A stretch of 63,756 bases of DNA, filler included, from Octopus bimaculoides (Eukaryota): NCBI RefSeq assembly GCF_001194135.2. It is 4 parts of 4 records of this genome, joined end to end, with 100 filler letters (N's around TTAATTAATTAA, not from the genome) between each part and the next. Parts side by side here need not be neighbours in the genome. Positions count along the whole stretch, not along the records: positions 59,262 to 63,756 come from NC_068992.1; 3 more parts are not named here. One strand, written 5' to 3'. Position numbers and translations under genes: made by a program. The notes beneath the pieces are model-generated. The model was not told the origin of the DNA. It was given only the letters and a program-made list of their open reading frames with translations, and ran no database searches. This document shows positions 62,089 through 63,756 of this stretch, in pieces (position 1 is the stretch's first letter; each line of letters starts with the position of its first letter).

Positions 62089-63179
62089 NNNNNNNNNNNN
62101 NNNNNNNNNNNNNNNNNNNNNNNNNNNNNNNNNNNNNNNNNNNNNNNNNNNNNNNNNNNNNNNNNNNNNNNNNNNNNNNNNNNNNNNNNNNNNNNNNNNN
62201 NNNNNNNNNNNNNNNNNNNNNNNNNNNNNNNNNNNNNNNNNNNNNNNNNNNNNNNNNNNNNNNNNNNNNNNNNNNNNNNNNNNNNNNNNNNNNNNNNNNN
62301 NNNNNNNNNNNNNNNNNNNNNNNNNNNNNNNNNNNNNNNNNNNNNNNNNNNNNNNNNNNNNNNNNNNNNNNNNNNNNNNNNNNNNNNNNNNNNNNNNNNN
62401 NNNNNNNNNNNNNNNNNNNNNNNNNNNNNNNNNNNNNNNNNNNNNNNNNNNNNNNNNNNNNNNNNNNNNNNNNNNNNNNNNNNNNNNNNNNNNNNNNNNN
62501 NNNNNNNNNNNNNNNNNNNNNNNNNNNNNNNNNNNNNNNNNNNNNNNNNNNNNNNNNNNNNNNNNNNNNNNNNNNNNNNNNNNNNNNNNNNNNNNNNNNN
62601 NNNNNNNNNNNNNNNNNNNNNNNNNNNNNNNNNNNNNNNNNNNNNNNNNNNNNNNNNNNNNNNNNNNNNNNNNNNNNNNNNNNNNNNNNNNNNNNNNNNN
62701 NNNNNNNNNNNNNNNNNNNNNNNNNNNNNNNNNNNNNNNNNNNNNNNNNNNNNNNNNNNNNNNNNNNNNNNNNNNNNNNNNNNNNNNNNNNNNNNNNNNN
62801 NNNNNNNNNNNNNNNNNNNNNNNNNNNNNNNNNNNNNNNNNNNNNNNNNNNNNNNNNNNNNNNNNNNNNNNNNNNNNNNNNNNNNNNNNNNNNNNNNNNN
62901 NNNNNNNNNNNNNNNNNNNNNNNNNNNNNNNNNNNNNNNNNNNNNNNNNNNNNNNNNNNNNNNNNNNNNNNNNNNNNNNNNNNNNNNNNNNNNNNNNNNN
63001 NNNNNNNNNNNNNNNNNNNNNNNNNNNNNNNNNNNNNNNNNNNNNNNNACACACACACACACACATATGTACTTACACGCCACCTACACATGTTCACGCT
63101 CCCACTTACAAAAACGACGCTTGACCCTTTTCATGTGTAACCATCCATGAGCTAACACACCCAACATCAATCACCTCAT

Positions 63180-63644
63180 CTTATTAAATGTCTTTCTTTC
63201 TTCCTTCCTTCCTTCCTTTCTTTCTTCCTTCCTTCCTTCCTTTCTTTCTTCCTTTCTTTCGTTCGTTCATTCTTTTTGTAGTCGTTTTTATTTATTATGA
63301 CGGGTGGCGGCGGTTTCATCGGGTACGTTGCCTTTGAACTGTTTCATATAATTCACTGTAGGTTCGTGTTCCACCCTGCAGCAACCGGTGACGGTGATGG
63401 TGAAGACTACCACCACGTCGACGGCGACGACGACGATGATGATGATGTTGATGGTGGTAGTGGTGGTATTGGTGGTGGATGTGGGGAGGCGATGATGAAC
63501 ATGAGGATGATAATGATGATGGTGATTGTGAAGATGAAGATGAAGATGAGTATTGTAATGACGCTGATCAGGTGTCTTAATGATGACGCTGACGGCGCTG
63601 TTGGGTTCAGAGATGATGATGATGATGATGATGATGACGACGAC

Positions 63645-63675
<31 letters not shown>

Positions 63676-63756
63676 ACAGGGATGATGAGGATGAAGAGGA
63701 GGATGATCTATAACGACGAACACGCCGATAGCTGCGGTATATTGTGGTGGTGGTCG
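63180..63756. repeat. Simple repeats: (TTCC)n then degenerate (GAT/GAC/GGT)n
   Basis: Direct reading; this explains the D/G/M-rich ORF 63297-63713. Confidence 0.9.

Noticed and set aside
63297-63713. 138-aa acidic Gly/Asp/Met-rich ORF
   Set aside because: Built from degenerate trinucleotide repeats with no splice or domain evidence.

Overview
Repeat-saturated eukaryotic draft-assembly scaffold, roughly 13% N-gaps, most gaps bordered by microsatellites. The SINE families and simple-repeat landscape resemble what I recall of Octopus; this is an inference I could not check. I recognise no intact protein-coding gene, and nearly all long ORFs in the track are microsatellite or N artefacts. The window holds: (i) dozens of copies of about five tRNA-derived SINE families; (ii) decayed retroelements (Penelope-like RT+GIY-YIG, Tx1/L1-like, RTE-like, CR1/L2-like); (iii) decayed Tc1/mariner elements (DD34D, DD37D, a rosa-like copy, a Tc1-like copy), MITEs and a hAT-like end; (iv) a solo LTR with a 4-bp TSD inside a mariner; (v) a few weak exon and promoter candidates. 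The most interesting patterns are: repeated small fold-back elements whose arms carry outward-pointing minimal hammerhead-ribozyme-like motifs; a Penelope-linked hammerhead with an apparently compensatory A3-U8 core pair; a SINE and a CR1-like LINE sharing a 3' tail with a conserved stem-loop; and perfect snap-back palindromes at a LINE truncation point. All coordinates were read by eye; SINE and decayed-element boundaries are approximate.
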